From positions 832,001 to 896,000 of the forward strand of contig CAWCNY010000003.1 of NCBI GenBank assembly GCA_963797095.1: a stretch of DNA of 64,000 nt, given 5' to 3'. Made by a program: the position numbers and the translations under genes. Within the stretch, counting starts at the first letter, position 1. Each line of letters opens with the position of its first letter. The stretch is from an uncultured Chloroflexia bacterium (GTDB lineage Bacteria; Chloroflexota; Chloroflexia; QHBQ01; JADMIH01). The notes beneath the pieces were generated by a model that saw nothing but the letters and a program-made list of their open reading frames with translations, made no database searches and was not told the DNA's origin. Shown here one piece after another: positions 9,520 to 21,000 of the stretch.

Positions 9520-12207
9520 ATGGTTACTCCCGGCAGTAGCACGCCGGGCGCGCGGAACCTGCCCCGGCAGTTCACCAATTTCATAGGGCGTAAGCGCGAG
9601 ATAGAGCGCGCCTGCGACCTGCTCACAAGCGTTCCCTTGCTCACCCTCATAGGCCCCGGCGGGGTTGGCAAGACGCGCCTCGCCCTGCAAATAGCCGGCG
9701 AAGCGGCTGCCAGGTTTGAGCACGGGGTGCGCTGGGTGTCGCTCGCGCCCCTTACCGGCCCCGAGCAGGTCGTGCCCACAATCGCCGCGGCGCTTGGGGT
9801 CGAGGAGACCCCCAGCCAGACCTTGCTCGAGGGCGTCGCTGAGGCCCTGTCGGCCAGGGAAATGCTGCTCGTCCTCGACAACTTCGAACACCTTCTTGGG
9901 GCCGCGCAAGATATAGCTTACCTCCTCGCCTCGGCGCACCGCCTCACCCTGCTGGTGACAAGCCGTATGGCCCTGCACCTCTATGGCGAGCAAGAGTTCC
10001 CCGTGCCTCCAATGCAAACGCCCGCACCCAATCTCCCGGCAGCGACCAACGCCGCGAGTCTATCGGCCCTGGAGGAGTACGAAGCGGTGGCCCTCTTCGT
10101 GGCTCGTGCCAGGGCGGTCAGGCCCGATTTCGCTCTCACCGAGGGGAACGCCCCCGAGGTAGTCGAGATTTGCAGGCGGCTCGACTCGCTCCCTTTAGCA
10201 ATCGAGCTTGCCGCCGCGCGCTGCAAGGTGCTCTTGCCCCGCGCTATCCTCGCGAGGCTTGAGAGTGGGCTGGCGCTGCTGGCCGGCGGACCCACCAATC
10301 TCCCAACCCGCCAGCAAACACTGCGCAATACCATCGGGTGGAGCTACGACCTTCTGGACGAACAGGAAAAGAGGCTCTTCAGAGAGTTGTCGGTGTTCGT
10401 GGACGGCTCCACGCTCGAAGCCGTGGAGGCTGTGTGCCATTTCCAAGATCGAGGTACAGGCTCGCAAGCCGGTACCCCTCTTGCAAATCCGCCGTCCCTG
10501 GCCCCCCTTGACCTCGTGCAATCGCTGGCGGGCAAGAGCCTGGTGAGGATCGGCCGGGAGCCGGGCGAGGGAGGCGACGAGGCACAGAACGGCGATTACC
10601 GCGTCGCAATGCTTGAGACGATCCGCGAGTACGCCCGCGAGCAGCTGGACGAGGAGACAACCGGCCCGGCCCGGAAACTCGCCCTGGGCGAGCGGCACGC
10701 CGAATGCTATCTCCGGTTGGCCGAGGAAAGCCACAAGCACATGGGCGGGGCCGAGCAGGGGGCATGGCTGCGGCGATTGGAGGCCGACCACGGCAACCTG
10801 CGCTCCGCTCTGGTCTGGGCGCGTGACAATGGCCGCTGGGACCTCGGTCTGAAGCTGGCAGGCGCGCTTGGCCGCTTCTGGGACGTGCGCGGCCACTGGA
10901 GCGAAGGGCGCGAATGGCTCGCCATCATGCTCGCCGCGCACGGCGACGATGCAGACCCATCGCTGGCCAGGGCGCACCACGCCGCCGGTCAGCTTGCCCG
11001 CAGGCAGGGTGATTATGCTGAGGCCCGTGCCCACCTTCAGAGCAGTCTCGATTTTTACAGGGAGGCCGGGGACCGCCACGGAACAGCCGCCTCCTTGAAT
11101 ACGCTGGGATATGTCGTTTACACCCAATCCGATCTTAAGGAGACCGACAAGATCACCGATGAAGCCCTCGCCATATACAGGGAGATCCACGACAGGCCCG
11201 GCGAGGCGGATATGATCTCCCTTAAGGGCATGGTAGCTACCAGGCTGGTCGAGTTCGACCGGGCGCGCGCCCTCCTCGACCGGAGCTTGCGGATATATGA
11301 TGAACTCGGCGACCGATGGAGCGTGGCTAACGCCCTCAACAGCCTGGGGGTGGTGCTCTCTGTGCAAACAGGCCACTACTCAGCCGCCCGAAAGTTGTAC
11401 GAGCGCAGCCTGGCGATCTTCCGCGAGCTTGGCGAAAGGCGGGGCACCGCCCTCACGCTGAACGGGGTCGGAGAGGCCCTGCGCTCTGAAGGCGATTACG
11501 CTTCGGCAATGCGCTACTACGAGGAGAGCCTGGCGATCTACCGCGAGTTGGGCGACAAGTGGGGGATAGCCATGAGCCTGCACAACCAGGGTCATGCAAC
11601 CCTGCTCGAAGGCGACAGCACGCGCGCCGCAGCCCTCTTTCTGGACGGGCTACAACTTGACCGCGAAATCGGCAACATCAAGGGAGTATCAGAGTGCCTG
11701 GCCGGCCTGGCCGGGGTGGCTACGGCCAACAGGCAGGCGAGACGGGCGGCGTGGTTGATCGGCAAAGCGGAGGCCACATGCGCCGACACCGGCACCGAAT
11801 TTGACCCAACCGACCAGGCCGAGTTGGACCGGCATAGTGCAAAAGCCCGCGCCGCCCTCGGAGAGGCCACCTTCTCGGCTGCCCGCTCTGAGGGGCGCAA
11901 TCTCAGCCTGGACGAAGTGCTGGCCCTGGCAACAGCCGAGCCTGCACGCTCCCCAACGGCTGCATCCTCCGGCGCGTCCGCCACCCAAACCGGGAAGCCC
12001 GAACAGCCCCCTCACTCTGTGCTGACGCGGCGCGAGCTTGAGGTGCTGCGCCTGGTAGCCACCGGCCTCACCGATGCCCAGGTGGCCGAGCACCTCACCC
12101 TCAGCCCCCAGACTGTGCACGCCCACCTTCGCTCGGTCTACAGCAAGCTGAACCTCGCCAACCGCCTAGAAGCCACCCGCTACGCCATCGAGCACAAGCT
12201 TACCTGA
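9520..12207 (+). CDS. STAND ATPase-TPR-LuxR HTH transcriptional regulator
   Basis: GPGGVGKT, LLVLDNFE, LPLAIELAAAR, TPR repeats, LTRRELEVLRLVATGLT HTH. Confidence 0.93.
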   Translation: MVTPGSSTPGARNLPRQFTNFIGRKREIERACDLLTSVPLLTLIGPGGVGKTRLALQIAGEAAARFEHGVRWVSLAPLTGPEQVVPTIAAALGVEETPSQTLLEGVAEALSAREMLLVLDNFEHLLGAAQDIAYLLASAHRLTLLVTSRMALHLYGEQEFPVPPMQTPAPNLPAATNAASLSALEEYEAVALFVARARAVRPDFALTEGNAPEVVEICRRLDSLPLAIELAAARCKVLLPRAILARLESGLALLAGGPTNLPTRQQTLRNTIGWSYDLLDEQEKRLFRELSVFVDGSTLEAVEAVCHFQDRGTGSQAGTPLANPPSLAPLDLVQSLAGKSLVRIGREPGEGGDEAQNGDYRVAMLETIREYAREQLDEETTGPARKLALGERHAECYLRLAEESHKHMGGAEQGAWLRRLEADHGNLRSALVWARDNGRWDLGLKLAGALGRFWDVRGHWSEGREWLAIMLAAHGDDADPSLARAHHAAGQLARRQGDYAEARAHLQSSLDFYREAGDRHGTAASLNTLGYVVYTQSDLKETDKITDEALAIYREIHDRPGEADMISLKGMVATRLVEFDRARALLDRSLRIYDELGDRWSVANALNSLGVVLSVQTGHYSAARKLYERSLAIFRELGERRGTALTLNGVGEALRSEGDYASAMRYYEESLAIYRELGDKWGIAMSLHNQGHATLLEGDSTRAAALFLDGLQLDREIGNIKGVSECLAGLAGVATANRQARRAAWLIGKAEATCADTGTEFDPTDQAELDRHSAKARAALGEATFSAARSEGRNLSLDEVLALATAEPARSPTAASSGASATQTGKPEQPPHSVLTRRELEVLRLVATGLTDAQVAEHLTLSPQTVHAHLRSVYSKLNLANRLEATRYAIEHKLT

Positions 12208-12944
12208 CACACCACAAATGCAGCACTACGCAATAAGCAATTCAGAGTAGGCGCTACACACCATCACCTGATCCCCCGCGTGTGAATTGCATGACGGGAT
12301 GCCATAAAATCGCAACAGCACTTCGCGGGATCGATGGGGATTTCGCGTTTACTCACGAAGCAGTTCGCGATAGGGATTGGTTAGCTTCACTGGGCAGACT
12401 GTGCGCTCTCATTCCTGACTCTCTGTGTAAGATAGAGGAGAGTTCGGTGTTGGAGCTGACCCCTCAATTCTGTGGCTTGTTCTGGCTACATACCTCGTCC
12501 GCGTCTGAAGACGTCTTGGGAAAGCTTGCAGTCAATGCCCTCCGCACGGCTTGTCGCGTTGAGGGACTTCGGGCACTTCCCTTATATGGGTCAAAGAAGG
12601 CATGGATCGAATTGCTCCACCAGCGTCTGATCGATTATGCCTGTATCGCTGGAGCCGACGGCCCAAACGTTGTTGGTTGTGTAGCGTACCTTGAACATGG
12701 ATCTCCCCGTGAGAATGTGAATAAATGGTTACACCGGTAGTCTGGCAGCCAGGGAGGGGTCTGCGCGTCGGCAATCATGCTTATTGCTGCTTGGATATTG
12801 GAGGGTTGAGAGGCCACTAGCACGCAAGCAAATAAGCAATATAGCTGACGCGCCATAGGGTGGTGGTTGCTACAGTGTCAGTAAGCCAAAAGGCATCTGA
12901 TCCCCAAAAAGCGTATTGAGCCAACAATTGAAGGAGACAAGAAC

Positions 12945-14597
12945 GTGTTTCGCAAACTATCCATCCTCTCTCTGGCACTGGTAGCCGTTTTGCTGTCACT
13001 GCTAAGCCCTGGGCAGGGAGCCGGTGCGGCTGCCGGCCGCGCGTACGGCGCGAGCATGGGGGCGGCGGTGCTCGCTCCACCTCTCAGCCCCATCGGCACA
13101 GGCTTTACATATTCGGGACTGCTAGTAATCGGTGGCGCGCCTGCTGGAGGCCAGTATGACTTCACCTTGAAGCTGTTCGATGCCCTCTCAGCCGGGGTGC
13201 AGGTGGGCAGCACGATCAATATCGCTAATCAGGCGGTGATCGACGGGCACTACGACGTCCAACTCGACTTTGGCCCCTCGGCCTTCCAGGGCCAGGCGCG
13301 TTGGATCGAGATCGCCTACCGTCAGGCGGGTGGCGGTGCATATACCACGCTCACGCCGCGCCAGCCCGCATCGGTAGTTCCTTACGCCTTGAGCCTCTCG
13401 CCGGGAGCGGTTATCTCGGGCAACTCCGGTGCGGTCACTCAGGGCATACTGACGGTGCGGAACGAAAGCGTGGGCACAGCTCTGTATGGCAACAGTACCA
13501 GCGGGTACGGGCTATATGGCAGCAGCACCAGCGGCAAAGGAGTGTATGGTTCCAGTATAAGCAGCGACGGTGTCTATGGTTCCACCAGCAACAATCTCTC
13601 CGCAGGCGTGTTCGGCAGCAGCACATCGGGCACGGGTGTGAAGGGTACGAGCAGTGCCAGCTTTGGGGTGTACGGCTCGACATCGAGCGAGAATCCGTCC
13701 ATCGCGGGAGTGCTGGGCCAGTCCACCGGAACGGGTGGGGTGGGGGTAAAGGGCACGGCAAACTTCGGCTCAGGCACGGGGGTGTATGGCACCAGCAGTA
13801 CAGGCACGGGGGTACGCGGAGAGGCAACGACAAGTAGCGGTATGGGAGTGTGGGGTAGCGCACCTTCAAGCGGAGGCACCGGGGTATACGGCGAAGGGTA
13901 CTATGGCATTTTCGGCTACTCAGACTACAGAACCGGCAACGCCATATATGGCCTCAGCAATGGCAGCTCCAACTCCAAAGCAGTAGTCGGCGACAATTGG
14001 TCCGGGTACGGCGTATACGGTACGACATACAGCGGCATAGGCGTGTACGGCCAGGTGAGGACATATGGAGTTGGATATGCGGCCTACTTCCAGGGCAATG
14101 TGCACGTCAACGGCACCCTCTCCAAGAGTGCCGGGTCGTTCAAGATAGACGATCCGCTCGATCCTGAAAACAAATATCTATCTCACTCTTTCGTGGAATC
14201 TCCCGACATGATGAACGTGTACAACGGCAACGTCACCACCGACGGCAATGGCGGAGCGGTCGTGCAGCTCCCCGACTACTTTGAGGCGCTCAATCGCGAC
14301 TTCCGTTACCAGTTGACCGTAATGGGCCAGTTCGCCCAGGCCATAGTGTCGCAAAAGGTCAAGGACAATCGCTTCACGATCTTGACCGACAAGCCGAACG
14401 TGGAAGTGTCGTGGCAGGTGACCGGCATCCGCCAGGACCCCTATGCCGTAGCCCACCCCATAGAGGTTGAGGTGGAAAAGCCCAAGAGTGAGCGCGGTAC
14501 TTACCTGAACCCGCTGGAGTGGGGCCAGCCAGAGAGCAAGGGCCTCTACTACGAGCCTGAGCAGCTCGCCCAGCAGCCGCAGAGCGCGACTCGCTGA
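12945..14597 (+). CDS. Secreted Gly/Ser-rich GVYG-repeat (beta-solenoid, fibre-like) protein
   Basis: Signal peptide; many GVYG/GVxG repeats; C-terminal FKIDDPLDPENKYLSHSFVESP domain. Confidence 0.8.
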   Translation: MFRKLSILSLALVAVLLSLLSPGQGAGAAAGRAYGASMGAAVLAPPLSPIGTGFTYSGLLVIGGAPAGGQYDFTLKLFDALSAGVQVGSTINIANQAVIDGHYDVQLDFGPSAFQGQARWIEIAYRQAGGGAYTTLTPRQPASVVPYALSLSPGAVISGNSGAVTQGILTVRNESVGTALYGNSTSGYGLYGSSTSGKGVYGSSISSDGVYGSTSNNLSAGVFGSSTSGTGVKGTSSASFGVYGSTSSENPSIAGVLGQSTGTGGVGVKGTANFGSGTGVYGTSSTGTGVRGEATTSSGMGVWGSAPSSGGTGVYGEGYYGIFGYSDYRTGNAIYGLSNGSSNSKAVVGDNWSGYGVYGTTYSGIGVYGQVRTYGVGYAAYFQGNVHVNGTLSKSAGSFKIDDPLDPENKYLSHSFVESPDMMNVYNGNVTTDGNGGAVVQLPDYFEALNRDFRYQLTVMGQFAQAIVSQKVKDNRFTILTDKPNVEVSWQVTGIRQDPYAVAHPIEVEVEKPKSERGTYLNPLEWGQPESKGLYYEPEQLAQQPQSATR

Positions 14598-14640
14598 GCG
14601 GCGAGCGGCGAGCATGGCTTGATTCAGTACTCGGATCTCT

Positions 14641-17229
14641 CTACAGAATCAAGCCATGCTCGGTCGCATGGCGACTGGCGGCGGTGCGGGTGGTCACATC
14701 TAGCTTGCTGAAGATCCTGTAGATGTGCGTTTGCACGGTGCGCGGGCTGACGATCAGGCGAGAGGCTATCTCGTTGTTGGTGAGTCCTTCGGCGACCAGG
14801 CGGAGCACTTCAAGCTCGCGGGCCGATAATTGGTCGGTAGACGGCGCAAGGGGGACGGTGGGCACCGTCGCGGGCGGGGTGAGAGGAGGCGGCTTGGCTC
14901 CCGGTTGACCGAGTTCGGCAGCAGGCTCTTGCCGGAGGGCGAAGGCGATGCCCTGGTCCTCGGTCAGAGCCAGCCCCCGCTCCCAGGCCAGCGCGAAATC
15001 GACTTCCTTCATCCTGGCGCGCGCCTTCTCAAGGTTCCGCGCAGCTAGGTCTCGCTCGGCGGGCACCGGGCGGGCGCCTGACGCCTCCGTAAGTGCGCGC
15101 GCCGCGGCGGTGAGGGTGACCGCGCGGCTGAGCAGCCCACTGGCGAGCGCGATAGCGGCCAATCCTAGTAGCGACCTGGCCACGCCGAACCGGTTGCCAA
15201 GCTCCTGCGAAAGCTCCAGACTCCGTTGATAGTACGGCTCGGCAACGGCATAATTGCCCTGCATCGCTTCAGCCAGCCCGAGGTATACGCAGGAGAGCGC
15301 CAGGTCCTTCTTGTTGCCCACCTGCTCCGCCTGCAACTCTATCTCGCGCAGTAACGAGGTACCACGTGCGTAGTTGCCCGCGTGCACGAATGCCAACCCC
15401 AGGTTGATACCGCTGCCTATCGAAACGATGCTGCCTCTCAGATCGCCCACCATTTCCAGGCTCTCTTCGCCATACCTTACAGCCTTCTCGTAGTCGCCCT
15501 TGTACAGCGCCAGGAAGCATAGATTGCCGAGCAGAGCTGCCGCATTCTGGGCATGCCCTATCTCACGCCACACCGTCAGGCTCTCCTCGAATCTGGCGAG
15601 GGCGCGCGAGTAATCCTCCTGCTCGGCGGCGACTACGCCCAGGTTGCTGAACGCCTTCGCGCTACCCAGTTGATCGCCCATTGCCTGGAACAGCGCCAGG
15701 CTCTCCTCGCTGAAAAGGCGGGTGCGCTCGTAATCGTTCCGCGTCAGAGCCAGCCACCCGGCGTTGAACAGCAGGCTTGCCTTGATCTGGGCTGGTATAG
15801 ACACGCTTGAGGCCAGCACATCGTCAAGCCAGCGAGATCCCTCCACTAGATGGCCGCGCGCATACCAGTACCAGGCAAGGCCAACCCCAAAACGTGCTGC
15901 GATACCCGAGTTCTCGCCGTCAAGAGCCCACCGAAGGGCGGCGCGTATGTTATCGTACTCCGCGTCCAGGCGCGCAAGCCATTCCGCGATATTACGTCCC
16001 TGCGCGTAATTCTTCTGTGATTCTTCGGCAATAGCGAGGTAGTAGAGCGCGTGGGCGTGGCGCATGCCGTGGGCTCTCTCGCTGCCGAGGCTACCTTCCG
16101 CTTCGAGCTTTTCCAGGGCAAACTCGCGGATAGTTGAGAGCATCGTGAAGCGAGGCTCTCCGTCCATCTGGTCTCTCACGCGTAGCAGGCTCTGCGATAT
16201 CAGTGACTCCAGGATATTCTGAAGATGCAGATCTCTTCCTTCCCCATCCTCTACAACGCACACGGACCGGGCGGCCTCTAACGTGAAGCCGCCCGCGAAC
16301 ACCGATAGGTCGATGAAAACCTGGCGCTCGGCAGCGCCGAGCAGGTTGTAGCTCCAATCGATCGCGTTGCGGAGGGTCCGCTGCCTGGCTGGTAGATCCC
16401 GCGCCCCGCTCGAGAGCACCGGCAGTACTTTGTCCATGCGCGCCAATAGAGCCTGAGGAGAGAAAAGCCGCAGGCGCGCGGCCGCCAGCTCTATCGCCAG
16501 GGGCAGGCCATCCAGGCGGCGGCAAATCTCGGCTATGGTCGAACTATTCGCGGTCGCCAGCGAAAACCGAGGCTGTACCGCTTTACCCCGCGCCACGAAG
16601 AGTTGTATGGCCTCCGAGCGCGCCATCTCCTCCCCGGACACCTTGCCCGCGCCCGGCAACTCCAAAGGCGGTACCTGAAGCTCGTACTCACCATACAGTC
16701 GCAGCGCCGTGCGGCTTGTGACCATCAACTGCACGCCCGGCGCGTTGGCCAACAGGCCGGTAATCTCGGGCCCGGCATCGACCACTTGCTCGAAATTGTC
16801 GAGCAGGAGGAGCAAGTCCCTACTGCCCAGGTAGTCGGCCAGGGTGTCGTGCAGAGGTACCTTGCCGCTCTCTTTCAGGCCGAGAGTTGTCGCGATTGTG
16901 GGCACAACCAATGCAGCGTCGCTCAGAGCCGCCAGGCTGACATAAAATACACCCTGCTCAAAATCGGCGAGCAACTTTTCGCAGGCCCGAAATGCCACCC
17001 TGGTCTTGCCCACCCCGCCCGGGCCGGTGAGGGTGAGGATGCGTACGTTCTCATCCTTGACCAGCGCGCGAATCTCATGTACCAATTCTTCACGCCCGAT
17101 GAATGCCGTGAGTAGTGTGGGGAGGTTGGTGGGAGGCAGCCTGCTTCCTCCGGACCCACCCGGCGCGGCTCGCACGTTCGGGAAGGGGAGCGTCTTGTTG
17201 TCGCGATTCAGGTTGCCGGGTGACGACAT
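14641..17229 (-). CDS. STAND ATPase-TPR-LuxR HTH transcriptional regulator
   Basis: GPGGVGKT, LLLLDNFE, GLPLAIELAAAR, TPRs, LSARELEVLRLVAEG; start placed by similarity to the 9520 paralog. Confidence 0.92.
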   Translation of the reverse strand: MSSPGNLNRDNKTLPFPNVRAAPGGSGGSRLPPTNLPTLLTAFIGREELVHEIRALVKDENVRILTLTGPGGVGKTRVAFRACEKLLADFEQGVFYVSLAALSDAALVVPTIATTLGLKESGKVPLHDTLADYLGSRDLLLLLDNFEQVVDAGPEITGLLANAPGVQLMVTSRTALRLYGEYELQVPPLELPGAGKVSGEEMARSEAIQLFVARGKAVQPRFSLATANSSTIAEICRRLDGLPLAIELAAARLRLFSPQALLARMDKVLPVLSSGARDLPARQRTLRNAIDWSYNLLGAAERQVFIDLSVFAGGFTLEAARSVCVVEDGEGRDLHLQNILESLISQSLLRVRDQMDGEPRFTMLSTIREFALEKLEAEGSLGSERAHGMRHAHALYYLAIAEESQKNYAQGRNIAEWLARLDAEYDNIRAALRWALDGENSGIAARFGVGLAWYWYARGHLVEGSRWLDDVLASSVSIPAQIKASLLFNAGWLALTRNDYERTRLFSEESLALFQAMGDQLGSAKAFSNLGVVAAEQEDYSRALARFEESLTVWREIGHAQNAAALLGNLCFLALYKGDYEKAVRYGEESLEMVGDLRGSIVSIGSGINLGLAFVHAGNYARGTSLLREIELQAEQVGNKKDLALSCVYLGLAEAMQGNYAVAEPYYQRSLELSQELGNRFGVARSLLGLAAIALASGLLSRAVTLTAAARALTEASGARPVPAERDLAARNLEKARARMKEVDFALAWERGLALTEDQGIAFALRQEPAAELGQPGAKPPPLTPPATVPTVPLAPSTDQLSARELEVLRLVAEGLTNNEIASRLIVSPRTVQTHIYRIFSKLDVTTRTAASRHATEHGLIL

Positions 17230-17586
17230 GGGCAAATGACCCGTGGACTTTATCCGAGGGCGAGTGTTCTCCAATTCACTACGATGATAGTAAATAATCA
17301 GCAGGATCGCAATAGGGGCAGTGTTGCGGGAGTGACCAAGAGCGTTATGTTGAGCGGTTGGCAAGTCCCACTCCATCAGAGTCGTTCAGTTGTTGCAACA
17401 CTACCCTACCCGAATTAACCAATCGCAATTAACCAATTAACCCGTCGCCAACGGCAGAATTGACCATTCCTGCCGATGTCCGCGCGCCTCCGCTGAGCTA
17501 CGATGCCGGTGTGGTCAGTTATGAGGTCGTTCGACCTCACCCCGGCTAAATCAACAGAAACAAAGCTTAGAAACCAGGAGACGAAA

Positions 17587-18039
17587 ATGGAAGGCAAGAA
17601 GATGAGCAAGACTACAACACCTCAGCGGTGCTTTCGGCTATTTGCGGCGCTGTCTCTCGTAGCGATCGTGGCTGCGCTGGTATTCGCGGTGATGGTGGCT
17701 GCCAGCATCCCCTCAACGACAGCGCAGCACTCCGCCCATGGATCAAACAGACCGATGTCCATCTCGCCATCAACTGCTCAAGCTCAAATGGACATGGGGC
17801 TGCACAGCCTCACACTCTCCCACGTGGCGAGTACCGTGCACAACAATGCCAACAATGCCAACAATGCCAACAATGCCAACAATGCCAACAATGCCAACAA
17901 TGCCACCCCGGTCCAGGCCACCGCCAGTACGGCCAATGTCGAAGGCGCAACGCTGAAGATGGATGCCTCGACTTACCAACTCGGCGGACAACCTGCCGGG
18001 CAGCAGTTCTCTCAAAACACAAATCAGCCAGGGAGGTAA
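17587..18039 (+). CDS. Small membrane/secreted hypothetical protein with (NNA)7 tract
   Basis: AGGAG RBS, hydrophobic N-terminal helix, closely coupled to the next gene. Confidence 0.6.
   Translation: MEGKKMSKTTTPQRCFRLFAALSLVAIVAALVFAVMVAASIPSTTAQHSAHGSNRPMSISPSTAQAQMDMGLHSLTLSHVASTVHNNANNANNANNANNANNANNATPVQATASTANVEGATLKMDASTYQLGGQPAGQQFSQNTNQPGR
17842..17904 (+). repeat. (AACAATGCC)7 perfect 9-mer VNTR
   Basis: Directly visible, in frame. Confidence 0.95.
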
Positions 18040-18045
18040 CGAGAA

Positions 18046-21000
18046 ATGAAGATGCTCACCAAAACGGCATCGGCCGGGCGCGCTTTTAGATATGTGCGCA
18101 CAATCGCAATAACATCGACGGTTCTTTCAACAACCTTGCTCAGGATGGCGGGGATGGTAGATACAGGTCCCGGCCTGGCTTTTGCCGGATCGTTCGCCAG
18201 CACAGCGTTCGAGACGGTGTGGCAGAGGGCCGACAAGCCGGTGGCCGAGGGCCTTGCTGTGCGGAGTTGGCTCTGGGGCGAGCAGCCGGGAAAGGCCAGC
18301 TACGAGCCATACGCGCAGGGCACGCAGGGAGAGAGGATGGTCCAGTACTTCGACAAGAGCCGCATGGAGGTCAACCACCCGGATGGCAACACCCTCGATC
18401 CCTACTATGTGACCAACGGCTTACTGGTGGTGGAGATGATGGGCGGTGAGATACAGGTCGGTGATGCCCAGTTCGAGCCTGCCTCGCCCGCCGATGTACC
18501 GGTAGCAGGCGACCTCAATGACCCCGGCCAGACGGCACCCACATATGCGGCGATGGCAAACGTCGCCAGCCTGCACGGCGAGAACCGGGCAGATAAGCTC
18601 TCGCCCGGCACCCCAATCGTTGCAACCATCGACAGCACGGGCCACGCAAACCCGACTGGAGGGCCTACAGGACTGGCGCGGGCAGCCGAATACACCCCCG
18701 ACACCGGCCACAACATCCCCAATGTCTTCTGGAACTTCCTGAACAGCCAGGGGGCTGTATACGAGGGCGGCAAACAGGTAGAGGCAAAGCTGATGGATTG
18801 GGTCTACGTCATGGGCTACCCCATCACCGAGCCTTACTGGACGCACATCCGCGTCGGTGGGGCCGACCGGCTGGTGCTCGTGCAGGCGTTCCAGAGGCGC
18901 GTGCTCACCTACTCACCCAACAACCCGGACGGGTGGAAGGTGGAGATGGGCAACGTAGGCATGCACTACTACGCCTGGCGCTACGAGCAGGACACCACCG
19001 GCTTCGTCTTCGTCAACGGCGGATACATCGAGCCGCCGTATAGCGTGGAGAGGCAGGGAGCCGGCATCTTGATCAACGGCAGCATAGTGCAGTCCGCCAG
19101 TGTGAGCAGCGAAGCGCACGCTCCCGATCCGCCGCCCGCGCAGCCCAAAGACGCTTCGGACCTGGTGAGCATAGCGAGCTACAGGCTCTGGCAGCTACAC
19201 ATCGGCCTCGCCAAAGACCTCACCCCCCAAATACGTGCCGGGATCGTCAGCCTCATCAAGAGCTATCCTGTAGCGGCAGACGTCAGCGACGATGAAAGCG
19301 GGTTCCTCGTTACCGACAGCGCCGGCAGCCAGGCCGTGCTCATGGTCCCAACGGAGCCTGCTCCCGGCTCTGAGCAGGTAAACAAAGGATTGGCAGAGAT
19401 GGTTGGGGACTGGCGCGAAGTATTGCGATCCGGCGGAGCCCTGCTGGTATCGAGCGGCGTGAACATGGAAGTGCCCGCCGAGCATACAGAAGGCTTCCTT
19501 GGAGCGCTGGTTGCCGCTTACAATCTGGGTGAGGCCGACCGGCGCGCTAAACTCAACGATCTGATAGGTGCGCCTCCCATCGTGGCCGATCTGATGAGGG
19601 CGGGTGCGCCCCCGGCTAGCTTGCGCGCCAGGCTTCCACAGCCCCGACCTGAGGCGACGCCCATCCCCGCAGGGCTGTCCGCAAACAAGGGTGGAAGCGG
19701 TCTCTTCTCTCCACCTGCCCAGGGCGCGAACGCTCTTTCGGACACACCGAAGGCCGACAAAGCCTACATCTTCATGACCCTGGGCGGGTACGAGGAGCGG
19801 GAGCCTGTGCAAAAAGCAGCCAGGGACCAGGGATACCAGGTGATTTTCTATCCTAGCATTCGCTACCCTATGGGAAGCACCACGATCGATAACTTCCTGG
19901 CTACATCGGGCCAGGCAGCCATCCTGTATGTGGCAGCACATGGCAACGCGAGCGCACTGGCAATTGAGCAATATGCAACAAAAGCCCAGCGCGACGCTGC
20001 CTGGAAAGGATACCATGACCGCGGTATAGAAACATTGCGTGGAGAAGAACCATCCTCGGACGGGTTGGGCACTGATTACACCCTGAGCATCGGCGGCAAC
20101 CTGATTGAAGCCCGATGGCGAGACGCGAACACCATCGTTCAGATTTCCGCCTGTGATAGCGCGGGTCTCGCAAGCAACTTCAAAGCGCGAGAGTTCATCG
20201 GATACCCGGCGGCACTCTACGAGGACCAACTGGCGAAAGACAATTCGGAGTTTTGGGGCAGATTGGATGGCACACGCGACAACGGCCAAAAGCGTAACGT
20301 AGGTGATGCTTTCAACGGGTCTCTCCTTCAAAAGACAGGCTTCGTGCCCTACAGCCGGGCAAATGGCCGCACGGTGCTCTCGCCCAGCGTGGTGAGCTAT
20401 TCCCCCGCCAACGGCGCTCAGCTTCCGGTCGGCACCGAGGCGCGAGTAACCATCACCTTCGATACTCCAATGGACCCCCGTTGGCACCCACTGATAGTTT
20501 CCGGCTGCGGCATAAGTTACCTCACCTTCGCCAACTGGACAGACAACCACACCTACAGCTACGGCTTCATCCCGCAGGCAGCCGGACAGACCAGGCTCGG
20601 CGCGGTGGCGCACTTTGCCAGGTCGCTATCCAGCCAGAACTACTTTGCTACGAGCAGGTTCGGGGACCTGGATGGCAACACGAAACCTGTGGGAACCGAT
20701 CACGTCGGGGCCAACGGTGACAACTTCGAGTGGTCCGTAGGCTGCGTAGGGAGCACTATCCCTTCCACCTCCACACCACAGCCCACAGTCGCGCCCCCCT
20801 CTACAGCCACTCCTCAGCCCACGGTTACCCCTCCCTCTACGGCCACCTCCCAACCTACGTCCACTACACAGGCCACGGCCACCCCTGAAGCCACCTCCAC
20901 ACCAAGTGCCACCGCCAGTGCCACCGCGACCGCTACAGCTTCGCCTACCGCATCCCCGACCCCTTCCCCATCTCCCTCGCCCACCGCCACCTCCACCGCA

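Noticed and set aside
12282-12740. 152-aa ORF in the spacer after the first LuxR gene
   Set aside because: No RBS, atypical composition and no recognisable motif; possibly decayed DNA
17628-18089. Cys-rich (QQC)7 and antisense (HCW)7 peptides
   Set aside because: Alternative readings of the 9-mer VNTR with no RBS; the NNA frame has an RBS and a signal-like helix
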